Source: a virus
Length of the DNA stretch: 64,000 bases
IMG/VR virus record: IMGVR_UViG_3300021168_000013
Strand: one strand, 5' to 3'
The translations under genes and the position numbers were made by a program. Shown in pieces: positions 55,757-64,000 of the stretch; the first letter of the stretch is position 1; every line of letters begins with the position of its first letter. The notes beneath the pieces are model-generated. The model was not told where the DNA came from and did not search any database. It saw only the letters and a list, made by a program, of their open reading frames with translations.

Positions 55757-57682
55757 ATGCCTGATGTAGAATTCCAAAATTTAAAACAACGCTCGTTATT
55801 TGCGAGGTTGAAAAAGCTTTTCAGTACTGACGTTATTGTCAGAAATATCGGCGGGAAACAACTCAAAGTTGTTGACACAGATGAAGCAATGTATGCTACC
55901 GATAGAAACACTTTACGAGATCGTTTCAATCGCATAAGAACTTCAGCATTTAATCAATATAGTAGAGATTTCTCGTTGAGTTATCAAGCATCCCGTATTG
56001 AATTATTTCGTGATTATGATACAATGGACATGGATCCTATCATAACCTCCGCATTAGATATTTATGCTGATGAATGCATAACAAAAAATGAATTAGGCAG
56101 CATCTTAACGGTACATTCAGAGAACGGTAACATAAAACAGATATTGGAGAATCTATTCTATGATATATTAAACATTGAGTTTAATCTATGGTCATGGACT
56201 AGAAATTTGGTAAAATATGGTGATTTTTATCTAAAATTGCATATTTCCCCAGAATATGGTGTATACATGGTAGAACCATTAAGTGCATACAACGTTACTC
56301 GTGTTGAAAATAGCGATTTAAATAATAAAGCATATGTAAAATTCCAAGTTAATTTACCAGAAGGTGGTAAAATTGAGAATTTGGAGAATTATAACGTTGC
56401 TCACTTTAGATTATTAAGTGATAGTAACTTCTTACCTTACGGAAAAAGTTCAATTGAGGGTGCTAGACGCGTGTGGAAACAATTGAGTTTAATGGAAGAT
56501 GCCATGTTAATCCATCGTATCATGAGAGCACCAGAAAAACGTATTTTTAAGATTGATGTTGGTAATTTACCCGCAGAAGAAATCGATGCTTACATGGAGA
56601 AGTTAACATCCAAAATGCAAAAAGCACCATATATTGACGAAACGACAGGTGATTATAATCTACGATTTAACCTACAGAACATGGCGGAAGACTTCTGGAT
56701 TCCAGTTCGTGGTGGTGATAGCGGAACTAGCATTGAACCATTGTCTGGTATGGAATTCACGGGTATTGATGACGTTGAGTATCTACGTAATAAGATGATG
56801 GCTGCTCTAAAAATTCCTAAAGCATTCTTAACTTATGAAGAGGATTTGAGTGGTAAGGCTACATTAGCACAAGAAGATGTTAGATTTGCCAAAACCATAT
56901 TGAGAATACAAAGAATATTGGTAAGTGAATTAACTAAAATAGCCATAGTTCACTTGTATGCACAAGGGTTTAAAGATGCTGCATTAGTGAATTTTACATT
57001 AGAGTTAACAAATCCCTCAGTTGTATTCGAGAAGGAAAAGATATCCATGTGGGGAGATAAAGTCGGGGTTGCTAAAGACATGATCGAGAATAAGTTATTT
57101 AGTAAGGAATGGATATATGAATTTGTATTCCATCTTTCCGAAGAAGATGTCAATAAAGTCACTAATGCAATCGTTGATGATAGTAAACAGGCATTTAGAT
57201 TGAAAGAGATAGAGGAGGAAGGAAATGATCCAGCGAAGCCGTTTAATAAGATAAAACCAGAAGGTGAAGAAGTTCCACCGAGTGGTGGTGAACCTAGCGG
57301 TGGATTAGGTGGTGAACCGGAGGGTAGTGAACCTAGTTCGGAACCAACACCTGAACCAACCGCAGAACCTGCTCCTGAACCTGCTGGTGGTGGAGAAGCC
57401 AAACCTATTGCGGAAAAGATTAAAAAGGAGTATGAAAGACCATCACAGGCTGGAAAGAAAAAAGCATCAGATTATCCGTTTGGTGAGGATGAAATAGGAC
57501 AGTTATCCTTTAGTACAACCACAACGGAAGACCCAGTAAGTCATTCTTATAAGAAAAATAGTGCATTGAGTTTAGAGGGTCTTGGTACTTATCTAACATC
57601 ACTGGATGCTGATAAGAAAGCACTACTTGCCGAGAACACTGTTACGGGATCGTATATGGATGAAAACAATTTATCCGTATAA
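55757..57682 (+). CDS. gp20: Portal vertex protein
   Basis: MEDAMLIHRIMRAPEKRIFKIDVGNLP, EDFWIPVRGG...GTSIEPL, DDVEYLRNKM...LKIP are T4 gp20 signatures. Pro/Glu/Gly-rich tail. Confidence 0.97.
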   Translation: MPDVEFQNLKQRSLFARLKKLFSTDVIVRNIGGKQLKVVDTDEAMYATDRNTLRDRFNRIRTSAFNQYSRDFSLSYQASRIELFRDYDTMDMDPIITSALDIYADECITKNELGSILTVHSENGNIKQILENLFYDILNIEFNLWSWTRNLVKYGDFYLKLHISPEYGVYMVEPLSAYNVTRVENSDLNNKAYVKFQVNLPEGGKIENLENYNVAHFRLLSDSNFLPYGKSSIEGARRVWKQLSLMEDAMLIHRIMRAPEKRIFKIDVGNLPAEEIDAYMEKLTSKMQKAPYIDETTGDYNLRFNLQNMAEDFWIPVRGGDSGTSIEPLSGMEFTGIDDVEYLRNKMMAALKIPKAFLTYEEDLSGKATLAQEDVRFAKTILRIQRILVSELTKIAIVHLYAQGFKDAALVNFTLELTNPSVVFEKEKISMWGDKVGVAKDMIENKLFSKEWIYEFVFHLSEEDVNKVTNAIVDDSKQAFRLKEIEEEGNDPAKPFNKIKPEGEEVPPSGGEPSGGLGGEPEGSEPSSEPTPEPTAEPAPEPAGGGEAKPIAEKIKKEYERPSQAGKKKASDYPFGEDEIGQLSFSTTTTEDPVSHSYKKNSALSLEGLGTYLTSLDADKKALLAENTVTGSYMDENNLSV

Positions 57683-57729
57683 ATATACACAAAATATGAC
57701 AATTATAATATTTTGCCCAAAAATTTATA

Positions 57730-57737
57730 TATTTATT
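57730..57737 (+). promoter_or_regulatory. Candidate late promoter TATTTATT
   Basis: Ends 12 nt before ATG 57750. Confidence 0.55.
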
Positions 57738-57749
57738 GAATAAAGTAAT

Positions 57750-58616
57750 ATGAGCAAACCTAAGCACTCTAAGTTTAGAAATACAGGTATTCTGTTTGAA
57801 CTGTTGACAAGACAGATTACCGCAGATATTTTGGCTAATAAAGAAGACTCTGTCGCCAAGAAAATATTGTTTAAATACTTTTCTGAAAGTAAAGAGATTG
57901 GCAAGGAATGGCAATTATATCACTTTCTTTTAAATGAGAAGGCAAAGAATGAGACTCAGGCCGAAAAATATATAGATATTGTACTCAATAAAAGATCAAA
58001 ATTAAGTAATAAGACTCTAAATGAAGAGAAATACAACTTAATTAAGGAAATTAAAGAAACCTATCCAATTGAGGACTTTTTAAAATCCACTATTAAAAAC
58101 TATAAAGTTAATGCCTCTATTTGTAAGTTATTCGAGGACTGTACCATTGTTGAGAACAAATTCGATATTCAAGAAATTATTCAATCGAGAAATTGCATCA
58201 TGGAACATCTCTGTGGTGTTAAAATGGAAGTAAAAGAAAAGACCGAAGATAAGTTAATAACCTTCTATAAACAGCAAAACGAGGAAATTAGATTATTAAG
58301 TTATAAGTTATTGGTTGATTCAATGAATGAGAAGTACAAGAACTTGGATGATTTCCAAAAGAACATATTGAGAGAGTATATTAATAACATATCTAATACT
58401 AATAATCTGACAACAGTTGTTACTAATGAGTTTTCAAAAATCAAATCAATTTTAAATGAGCTAAGAACCAAGGTTGATGACAATGTTGTATCGATCAAGA
58501 TAAATGAAACGATTAAGCAATTGGATAAGATTAAGTTCAAGTCGGTCAAAGATAATCATATTATGGCTGTATTGCTTGGGTATGAATTGATTAAAGAGAT
58601 AAAAGGTAAATTATGA
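57750..58616 (+). CDS. Hypothetical head-module protein
   Basis: KHSKFRNTGILFELL N-terminus, all-helical, located between portal and protease. Confidence 0.75.
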   Translation: MSKPKHSKFRNTGILFELLTRQITADILANKEDSVAKKILFKYFSESKEIGKEWQLYHFLLNEKAKNETQAEKYIDIVLNKRSKLSNKTLNEEKYNLIKEIKETYPIEDFLKSTIKNYKVNASICKLFEDCTIVENKFDIQEIIQSRNCIMEHLCGVKMEVKEKTEDKLITFYKQQNEEIRLLSYKLLVDSMNEKYKNLDDFQKNILREYINNISNTNNLTTVVTNEFSKIKSILNELRTKVDDNVVSIKINETIKQLDKIKFKSVKDNHIMAVLLGYELIKEIKGKL

Positions 58617-58900
58617 CTGATTGCCCAAAGAATTGTAAATGCAAGAAATGCACCAAAAATTTAATGGTTGGTAAGATCAAAGAAGCCATTAAAAAAATGG
58701 TATCTAAAGAATTAGATGAAATTTCAGCATCTGGAGCCGCTGGCCCTTATGCTACACCATTTGCATTTGGAAAGAATGGTAAAAAGAATGCAACCGCAGG
58801 ATTGAATGATCCTAATGATAAAGGCGGGGGTTATAAAGTAGTAGGTAAGGATTCCACAGGAACATTGTGGGAAGAGAAGTCTAAAAAGAAAACCCAATAA
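58613..58900 (+). CDS. Small head/prohead-core protein
   Basis: ATGA overlap with the upstream gene. ELDEISASGAAGPYATPFAF carries an LxE motif. Confidence 0.7.
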   Translation: MTDCPKNCKCKKCTKNLMVGKIKEAIKKMVSKELDEISASGAAGPYATPFAFGKNGKKNATAGLNDPNDKGGGYKVVGKDSTGTLWEEKSKKKTQ

Positions 58901-58901
58901 T

Positions 58902-59435
58902 ATGTTAAAATTAAAGATTTTACTAGAAGCAGATGAAAAGCCAATCGCTCAACCAGCCGTCGCTCCCGCAGCACCTGCTGAAAAACAACCTGCTCAGGCT
59001 CCTACCGAACCTGCTGCTCAGGGAGCATCTACTGAATATAGTCCAGCTTTTGATTTTAATGATTTCGAGACTAAATTAGCACAAGCCACTGAATCTGCTA
59101 AGAATAATTTTCAAGAGAAATTGATGTCTAAGGTTGGTGGTAAACAAGTATTGGTAAGAGCATCAAAAGGTCAGCCGGGCCAGCCATTAAAGGATTATAC
59201 CATTGATGTCACAAGTGTTAGTGTTGATTATTACTATGATAGATATGTTGTTATATTGAAGGATGAGAAGGAAAAAGAATACTTTTTAAATACAATGATG
59301 AAAATAAAGGTATTGGGGCCGGGAGAGACAGCGGGAAATAAGGCTCCTAAAGCAGCGTCTGCTCCAGCAGCACCATCTGCTCCAGCACAACCTGCGCCGG
59401 AACAAACCCCAAATACGGCTACACAAGGAATTTAA
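58902..59435 (+). CDS. Head-module protein with Pro/Ala-rich arms
   Basis: MLKLKILLE N-terminus and PAPA low-complexity flanks around a small globular core. Confidence 0.7.
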   Translation: MLKLKILLEADEKPIAQPAVAPAAPAEKQPAQAPTEPAAQGASTEYSPAFDFNDFETKLAQATESAKNNFQEKLMSKVGGKQVLVRASKGQPGQPLKDYTIDVTSVSVDYYYDRYVVILKDEKEKEYFLNTMMKIKVLGPGETAGNKAPKAASAPAAPSAPAQPAPEQTPNTATQGI

Positions 59436-59436
59436 T

Positions 59437-60054
59437 ATGAACAAAGAATTACTAATAGACTGTCTATCGTTCGAGATATCAAAAGATGTTATAAACGAGG
59501 TATCTTCTAAGAGTGGACCGTTTATTGTCAAGGGTGTACTACAACGTGCTAATGCAAAGAATCAAAATGGTAGAGTTTATCCAAAAAACATACTTGAAAG
59601 AGAAGCAAAGAAGTATCAAGATAACTTTATCAAAGAACGTAGAGCATTAGGTGAATTAGATCATCCAGAGAGTCAAGTGGTAAATCTTCAAAATGTTAGC
59701 CACAACGTCATTGATATGGAATGGAATAGTGATGATTTAGTTGGAACAGTAGAAGTATTGACAACACCAAGTGGAAATATTTTAAGAGAATTGTTCAAGG
59801 CTGGAATAAAACTTGGGATAAGTTCTCGTGGAATGGGCAGTGTCAAGAAGAATGTCCGAGAAAGTGCCGATGAAGTCCAAGATGATTTTGAATTGATTGC
59901 GTTTGATTTTGTTAGTAATCCATCAACAAGAGGGGCATTTTTATATCCCGATGGTCAAAATCAAATCCAAGAAGGTGTCGTAAGAAATCCTATTACTAAT
60001 AAATGGGAGAAAACTGAGACAATCATCAGGGATATATTAAACAATTTAAGTTAA
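59437..60054 (+). CDS. gp21: Prohead core protease
   Basis: NQNGRVYP, GELDHP, GISSRGMGS, FDFVSNPST. Confidence 0.97.
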   Translation: MNKELLIDCLSFEISKDVINEVSSKSGPFIVKGVLQRANAKNQNGRVYPKNILEREAKKYQDNFIKERRALGELDHPESQVVNLQNVSHNVIDMEWNSDDLVGTVEVLTTPSGNILRELFKAGIKLGISSRGMGSVKKNVRESADEVQDDFELIAFDFVSNPSTRGAFLYPDGQNQIQEGVVRNPITNKWEKTETIIRDILNNLS

Positions 60055-60105
60055 ATTACTTAAATGTAATTATAAATTAATCGAGTGTAATGGTATTCTT
60101 GATTA

Positions 60106-60113
60106 TATTTATA
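60106..60113 (+). promoter_or_regulatory. Candidate late promoter TATTTATA
   Basis: Ends 21 nt before ATG 60135. Confidence 0.55.
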
Positions 60114-60134
60114 AGCAAAGATTATAATTTACAT

Positions 60135-60533
60135 ATGAAATCGTTAAAGCAAATAATTGAAGAATCTGGGCTTGGTGGATTCAGTAATGAAAACCCACAG
60201 CAACAGAAGATGTCTGCCGAAGCAAAGAAACAGTTGCTAGGCATGGTCAATCAATATAATGAAGTTGGTAAGAAACTTTATGAATATGGCGATGTTCGTG
60301 AGATAGCCGAGAGATTGTTGACAGTTGCTGAACTTGCCGAAAAATATGCATTAGAAGAAGCTAGTGAAGATATGTTACAAACTGGACGTGTTGAGAGAGA
60401 CATGAAGGATATCAAGAAAGAAGCCGGTGATCTTCGTAAAATTGCGTTGGAAGCATGGAAATCAAATGAAAGATTGAAAGCTTCATATGAAAGAATCGGT
60501 AAGACACTTGAGAATTACTACGAATTAAACTAA
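60135..60533 (+). CDS. Small helical head-module protein
   Basis: Start moved to ATG 60135 (MKSLKQIIEE); the track start at 60090 lies upstream of the promoter motif. Confidence 0.75.
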   Translation: MKSLKQIIEESGLGGFSNENPQQQKMSAEAKKQLLGMVNQYNEVGKKLYEYGDVREIAERLLTVAELAEKYALEEASEDMLQTGRVERDMKDIKKEAGDLRKIALEAWKSNERLKASYERIGKTLENYYELN

Positions 60534-60549
60534 TTTAGCTATACAACCA

Positions 60550-60580
60550 AAAACCCGTTAAATTGATTTTAACGGGTTTT
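60550..60580. terminator. Bidirectional rho-independent terminator
   Basis: Perfect 13-bp stem AAAACCCGTTAAA / TTTAACGGGTTTT with a 5-nt loop, between convergent genes ending at 60533 and 60599. Confidence 0.9.
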
Positions 60581-60598
60581 CTATTTTATAATATTAAG

Positions 60599-60970
60599 TT
60601 AAATTGGTTTAATATCTTGTTTCAATTTATCTTTCTGTGTTGCGCTTGCAACTTTATCGGGATGTTCCGCTTCAATTTGTTTATCTTCAATGAAGTTAAT
60701 CATATCAACGAAATTATTGAATACATGGCGTCTACCATTGATTAACATGATATAATGATTGGTTGATTTCTGTTTGAATATTTCAACATTCAATGTTTCA
60801 TCATACTCTTTCTTATCATCTAATTTTAGACGGGTTTCGCCATCCATAGTAAATCCCATATCTAACAAATGATCTACATCTTTCCAGTGCCATCCCTTAG
60901 ATGAATCAAAATCATCTATCACATATTCATCTTTATCTTCCAACGGAGTTAGTAAGTGGCTTAATTTCAT
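60599..60970 (-). CDS. Hypothetical acidic protein
   Basis: Start moved to ATG at 60970 (MKLSHLL), 1 nt after the stop of the 61649 gene. Confidence 0.7.
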   Translation of the reverse strand: MKLSHLLTPLEDKDEYVIDDFDSSKGWHWKDVDHLLDMGFTMDGETRLKLDDKKEYDETLNVEIFKQKSTNHYIMLINGRRHVFNNFVDMINFIEDKQIEAEHPDKVASATQKDKLKQDIKPI

Positions 60971-60971
60971 A

Positions 60972-61649
60972 TTATTTAATTTCGATTTGTTGTAAAAAGT
61001 CTCCAAGAATGTCTAATTTCTCCGAACCTCGTTCATCAAATGGTTGGGATAACTTTATATAAACCTTGTCTTTTTTGACTTCTTCTGGTTTTTGAGGTGT
61101 AGGTTCTGCGGGTTTTGGTGCGGGTGCTTGTGCAGATTGTTCTGGTTTATCTTCTGCTGCCGAATTATCGGTGGGAATAACTGTAAAGAAATTAGCATAT
61201 AGTAAAGTGTTCGGGTCACTCATGTTTTTCAACTTCTTAATAACATTTATCTTATTGTTTCCAAACATGTCACTAGTTGAGAATTTAATCTCCGTACCAT
61301 TTCGTTGAATAGTTGATTTTATACCCAACTCCCCTTGTTTAAATACCACTTCTTGTTTTTCTTTATCGTCAAATGGAATACCAACGTTTTTATTCAATAC
61401 ATTTTCAATATTATCATTCTCTACTTTGGTGCGCATGATGACATTCTCGGATTCCTCAATGACTTCGTATATGAGTTTTCTAATGCCTTCTTTTAATTGT
61501 TCAGTTTTAGAGTCTTTTTCGTTGGCATGAAAGTGTAATGCGGCAAGATATTTCTTTAATTTGTCCTTGGTTGTACAACCCACTTTTTTACCAGTGTCTT
61601 TTCGATAAACACAGTATTTATCCCCCTCTTTTTTGTATGAATATGGCAT
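60972..61649 (-). CDS. Hypothetical late/head protein
   Basis: MPYSYKKEGDKYCVYRKDTGKKVGCT N-terminal domain, internal LKEGIRKLIYEVIEE, and a late motif upstream on the minus strand. Confidence 0.75.
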   Translation of the reverse strand: MPYSYKKEGDKYCVYRKDTGKKVGCTTKDKLKKYLAALHFHANEKDSKTEQLKEGIRKLIYEVIEESENVIMRTKVENDNIENVLNKNVGIPFDDKEKQEVVFKQGELGIKSTIQRNGTEIKFSTSDMFGNNKINVIKKLKNMSDPNTLLYANFFTVIPTDNSAAEDKPEQSAQAPAPKPAEPTPQKPEEVKKDKVYIKLSQPFDERGSEKLDILGDFLQQIEIK

Positions 61650-61654
61650 ATATC

Positions 61655-61662
61655 AATAAATA
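61655..61662 (-). promoter_or_regulatory. Candidate late promoter TATTTATT (minus strand)
   Basis: AATAAATA on the + strand, 5 nt from the CAT at 61647-61649. Its orientation flips with the gene. Confidence 0.6.
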
Positions 61663-61688
61663 TTGAGTTTTATATGAAAAGATAAGTT

Positions 61689-62624
61689 TTAATGATTTTT
61701 AATTATAATTTCGGGGCTGGTTTTTTTAGATTTTTTGAATACTATATAAAGTATATTATATCCAATATTGAATGCTGTTGATATTTTTGCTAGATTTTTT
61801 TCTTTTTGTGCTTTGTGAGTATATATTGATTTAATTTCAACAATTGTATTGGTGGATTTTATAAAAATATCAGGAAAATAATTATGAGTTCTTCCATTAA
61901 AAGTATATTCTATGATAGGACATTCCTTTTCCGATGATGTTACAATATCATCTTCTTTGATATTATATTTTGTTAATAAATAATCAATTCCTCTGTCTTC
62001 ATAACCTTGTATTACTGTTCGTTTCCCCGATGGAAATATATATTCTTTCTTTTTATATCTTGCAATAAATCGCGCTTTTATCCAATCCAGTGTTTGTGGT
62101 CTGTTTACATTATTGGTTGCACATTTTATACACTTAATGTTATTTTTTCTCTGAAGACTTTGGATTTTATTTCTTACGACTACTTTTCCACAACATGGAT
62201 AAGTAATTGTGTATTCTTTTGTTATATTATTGTATATTATCCATTCTGGTAATGATTTATATGGTCCGCATTTTCTGTTTTTAATATTAATCCTATTTGC
62301 ACAACTATTGCATACACTATTCTTTTTAAAAAGTTCGGTTGCAGTGTATTTATTTATATAAGATAATATATTATTACATTGTGGACATTTTCTTTCATAT
62401 TTTTTGTTGATGACATTATAACAAACACCTTTAATGGTTTTACAAATAACACATTTATCCCCCAATGTTTTCGATGAATGATATGAAACAAACGAATGTA
62501 TATTACCGCACGTTTTACATGTTTTAATCCATACATTATTTTCTCTTTTTATATTGTCTGGATAAATCTTTTTAAATATGTCAGGATTAATTCTATATTG
62601 TTTTTGATATTCTTGTAATGTCAT
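61689..62624 (-). CDS. Zn-ribbon-repeat PD-(D/E)xK endonuclease, probable free-standing homing endonuclease
   Basis: Three Cys-cluster repeats (CKTC..CVIC, CPQC..CNSC, PCC..CIKC) and C-terminal YFPDIFIKSTNTIVEIKS. AGGAG precedes ATG 62624 (alternative start 62642). Very AT-rich. Confidence 0.75.
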   Translation of the reverse strand: MTLQEYQKQYRINPDIFKKIYPDNIKRENNVWIKTCKTCGNIHSFVSYHSSKTLGDKCVICKTIKGVCYNVINKKYERKCPQCNNILSYINKYTATELFKKNSVCNSCANRINIKNRKCGPYKSLPEWIIYNNITKEYTITYPCCGKVVVRNKIQSLQRKNNIKCIKCATNNVNRPQTLDWIKARFIARYKKKEYIFPSGKRTVIQGYEDRGIDYLLTKYNIKEDDIVTSSEKECPIIEYTFNGRTHNYFPDIFIKSTNTIVEIKSIYTHKAQKEKNLAKISTAFNIGYNILYIVFKKSKKTSPEIIIKNH

Positions 62625-62818
62625 AATTCTCCTATTATACATATAATCAAAAACATAAAATATTTAAAAATATTTTATTTTAATAAATCATTTTATATTT
62701 TTCGGTGATTTTTATATATGTATTGTTACTAAAGAATACAATATACTCTATATTGTCCAATAAAATAATCTACTATTGGAGTTCATAAATAACTTCAGAA
62801 AATTAAGGAATTTAAAAT

Positions 62819-63979
62819 ATGTCAACATTATTTGAAGAAGCTATCGCTGATGCTAAAGCTGTTAGAGCAAGTGCTCTCGCTAATGCAAAAGCCGCATTAG
62901 AAGAGGCGTTTAAGCCACAAGTCGAAGCTATGCTTTCACAAAAATTAAAAGAAGAAGCTGGTATGGAAGAAGAAGGTGTGTTTGATAAAATCGCTGCCGG
63001 AACCTCAACCAGTGCTACTACATCTGCTCAGACTCATTATAAGTCTGCTGGTGGAAAAGAAGCTAATAAAGGTCAAGAAACTGACGTTTGGAAAGAAGGC
63101 GAAACTCAAGCTGTTGCTCCAACCGCTACTGCTCCAGCCCCAGTCCCAACGGGTCAAGGTGGACAAGGTGCTCCAGTTGCTGAAATGGCAAATGACGAGA
63201 CAGTGTCTGACAAAGAATTAGAAGAAATTTTGGCTGAATTAGGTCAAGAAATGTCCGAAGAAGGCGAAGTTCCTGCTCCTGCTGCTCCTGTAGCACCCGC
63301 TCCAGAAGCTCCTGCCGCTGTGGCACCAGAAGCTCCTGCTGCTCCTGTGGCTCCTGCTCCAGTTGCTGAACATGCTGAAGATCAAGAAGAAGTTGACTTA
63401 AATGAACTTCTCGCATCTTTGAATGAATCTGAAAAAGAGGAAGAGAAGAAAGACAAGGAAGAAGAAACTGTTGATGAGAATTACATTGATGGCAAGGCTG
63501 GTAAAGAGAAAGACCAAGAATATGGCAAAGCTGGCAAGAAAGTCAGTGGCGACCAAGATTATAAGAAAGTCTCTAAGGAATGCTATGAGAACGTTATTAA
63601 AGAACGTGATGATGCAGTTGCCGCAGTCGGTCATTATAAGAAACAGATCAATGAAGTTAATTTGTTAAATGCAAAACTTCTTTATACAAACAAATTGTTC
63701 AAGAACTATCCATTGTCCAATGAACAAAAGATGAAAATCGTCGAGACTTTCGACTTGACCCAGACGTTGCGTGAGGTCAAGATCGCATACACAAGTTTAG
63801 CTGAATCGTTTAATTTTGGTAAATCAGCGGTTAAAAAAACCAATACTGCTGCAAAAACTATTACCGAAGGATTAGCAAGTAAAACAGTAGCATCAACGAA
63901 GCCCGCTCCTAGCGTAATTGTTGAAAATACTAGCGCACAAGCAAAGAGATTCCAACTTCTTGCCGGAATCAAAGCTTAA
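62819..63979 (+). CDS. Prohead core scaffolding protein
   Basis: LFEEAIADAKAVR N-terminus, acidic coiled coil with Pro/Ala linkers and many LxE sites, EVNLLNAKLLYTNKLF, RFQLLAGI end, AAGGA upstream. This type of gene normally precedes the major capsid gene. Confidence 0.85.
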   Translation: MSTLFEEAIADAKAVRASALANAKAALEEAFKPQVEAMLSQKLKEEAGMEEEGVFDKIAAGTSTSATTSAQTHYKSAGGKEANKGQETDVWKEGETQAVAPTATAPAPVPTGQGGQGAPVAEMANDETVSDKELEEILAELGQEMSEEGEVPAPAAPVAPAPEAPAAVAPEAPAAPVAPAPVAEHAEDQEEVDLNELLASLNESEKEEEKKDKEEETVDENYIDGKAGKEKDQEYGKAGKKVSGDQDYKKVSKECYENVIKERDDAVAAVGHYKKQINEVNLLNAKLLYTNKLFKNYPLSNEQKMKIVETFDLTQTLREVKIAYTSLAESFNFGKSAVKKTNTAAKTITEGLASKTVASTKPAPSVIVENTSAQAKRFQLLAGIKA

Positions 63980-64000
63980 TAAAATAGTAATGGTGAGAAA

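Noticed and set aside
2534-61006. Track start sites at 63, 2534, 8846, 17185, 30486, 32367, 50236, 54113, 60090 and 61006
   Set aside because: They are upstream extensions overlapping the previous gene, a terminator or the late motif. The downstream ATGs give tight junctions and sensible N-termini.
908-63972. About 70 short alternative-frame and antisense ORFs in the track (e.g. 56950-57402, 63126-63416, 51510-51845, 40429-40740)
   Set aside because: They lie wholly within long ORFs that have recognisable products, have no motifs or start signals, and are the expected shadows of biased codon usage or Pro/Ala repeats.
1-64000. Stop-codon reassignment (I found no TAG stop among the accepted genes; TAA dominates, with six TGA)
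   Set aside because: All large genes, including conserved TerL, portal, sheath and gp6, are intact under code 11, and no gene is fragmented at TAG or TGA. TAG avoidance alone is compatible with AT bias.
1-64000. CRISPR array, tRNA, rRNA, diversity-generating retroelement, introns/inteins
   Set aside because: I saw no regularly spaced repeats, cloverleafs, reverse transcriptase or A-specific TR/VR pair. TerL, portal and primase are of normal length without insertions. Reading by eye could miss a small RNA.
63990-64000. ATG at the right edge as start of the major capsid gene
   Set aside because: Only three codons are visible. The capsid gene is expected downstream but cannot be supported from this window.
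1-64000. Nucleocytovirus or eukaryotic origin (Mre11-Rad50 fusion, sequon-rich secreted proteins, giant-virus-like endonuclease)
   Set aside because: T4-type portal, terminase, prohead protease, sheath and baseplate genes, plus bacterial promoters and terminators, identify a tailed bacteriophage.

Overview
This 64 kb AT-rich window is the virion-morphogenesis region of a large T4-superfamily contractile-tailed (myovirus-type) bacteriophage. It is not host chromosome. Almost all genes are on the + strand. In order: (1) a tail-fibre/receptor-binding array (1-8.9 kb); (2) two very large signal-peptide-bearing proteins built from bacterial cell-surface/enzyme domains (8.9-17.2 kb); (3) membrane proteins and a gp55-like late sigma factor; (4) the baseplate block (gp5-like spike, gp25, gp6, gp7-like, tail-collar-fibre-like proteins, 19.9-39.2 kb); (5) a replication/recombination insert (GIY-YIG, primase, natural gp47-gp46 / Mre11-Rad50 fusion) with sigma70-type promoters; (6) tail sheath; (7) a 1028-aa protein that appears to hold three nucleotidyltransferase domains separated by candidate prohead-protease sites; (8) the head module (TerL, portal, prohead protease, small head proteins, an inverted three-gene block with a Zn-ribbon PD-(D/E)xK endonuclease, scaffold). 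The major capsid gene probably lies just beyond the right edge. The most notable observations are the triple-nucleotidyltransferase candidate polyprotein, the secreted host-like (pseudo)enzyme proteins in the tail module, degenerate protease folds in a baseplate-anchored protein, and a TATTTAT(A/T) late-promoter candidate that is the reverse complement of the T4 late promoter. All domain calls come from motif recognition by eye; no database searches were run. No tRNA, rRNA, CRISPR array or integrase was seen.
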